Position numbers and translations under genes: made by a program. From positions 20,770,001-20,834,000 of the forward strand of contig OZ024750.1 in NCBI GenBank assembly GCA_964016885.1: 64,000 nt of DNA, given 5' to 3'. Positions 61,147 through 64,000 of this stretch are shown here, in pieces; position 1 is the first letter of the stretch; each line of letters opens with the position of its first letter. The notes below the pieces were generated by a model that ran no database searches, was not told the DNA's origin, and saw only the letters and a program-made list of their open reading frames with translations. This DNA is from Eledone cirrhosa. Taxonomy: Eukaryota.

Positions 61147-61949
61147 TGTTTCATGAGAAGACTCGTGTGGGCTATGGGTTCTCTTCCTTCCTACAAACCT
61201 AGAACATATATTTTAATAATGCCATGATCATATGTGATTAAATTTTACATTGTTTCCCGTCGAGAGCAGACTAACCTTAATCTGTAATTCTGAGTAATTA
61301 TAGAAAGAAATTCAACTCTATCTGGCAGAACATGATTTTACTATTTACTAATTACGTGTAAGTTAGTGATTATATTGGAGAATATGTTGCTGTCGGATGG
61401 TCGTAATCTGAATGGTACCAGTAAAAAAAGTGAAGGACAAAAGAAAGACTACATTGGGGTCATATGTGACGGAGCAGTCCCTATACATACGTTTTCGAAT
61501 TCGGGTAGAAGTGGTTCACGTATGGAACAAGGTAGTTCTTAGAAGAATACCTTGGCGTCACAAATTAAATTTCCGGCTCTATTTCTGTTTTCGTCATTAT
61601 TGAGCTTCGGTGTTTTCAACCGATGAGCCTGCCGGCCATTACGATTAACGGGACAGGCTCCTTATCCATCCAATAAAAACGTATGCCCTTATCGTACTTC
61701 TCGTATGAATTCAGCATGAAATATTTTGTGAAAATGATGAAACTTTGAATTGAAGGCACTTCTCATGTTTACCTAATGATTGGACTAGAGCAAAGTGACA
61801 TAAATTATCTTGCTTAGGAAAGCAACGTACCACCGGGAATCGAATTCATGAAGTTACATTCATTTGGAGAACATAAACCCTAAGCAAAGCACTGTCAATC
61901 TAATAAGGCACAATTCTTAGAGTTCCATGCAATTTCAAATTAAGAAAAT

Positions 61950-64000
<2,051 letters not shown>

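Overview
AT-rich, repeat-saturated animal DNA with no convincing host protein-coding exon. Octopus or another cephalopod is my inference from the SINE families and microsatellite load. Most ORF-track entries are translations of (TA)n, (CA)n, (TAC)n or (GA)n repeats. The window holds about 20 copies of a tRNA-headed Deu/Nin-domain SINE (including a 175-bp tandem array), decayed LINE fragments from three clades (L1/Tx1, RTE, R4/Dong-like REL endonuclease), a decayed Penelope-like RT fragment, several minisatellites and very long microsatellites. The main signal is a dense set of unrelated short elements in or beside (TA)n tracts that carry type I hammerhead ribozyme motifs. Many are built as tail + arm + inverted arm palindromes, the architecture of Penelope-like inverted pseudo-LTRs. 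The standout, at 44445-45152, is an inverted pair of greater-than-unit-length, circularly permuted copies of a 321-nt highly structured monomer whose hammerhead has a compensatory U3-A8 core, suggesting a retrozyme/circRNA-derived element. All calls were made by eye; no searches or folding programs were run.
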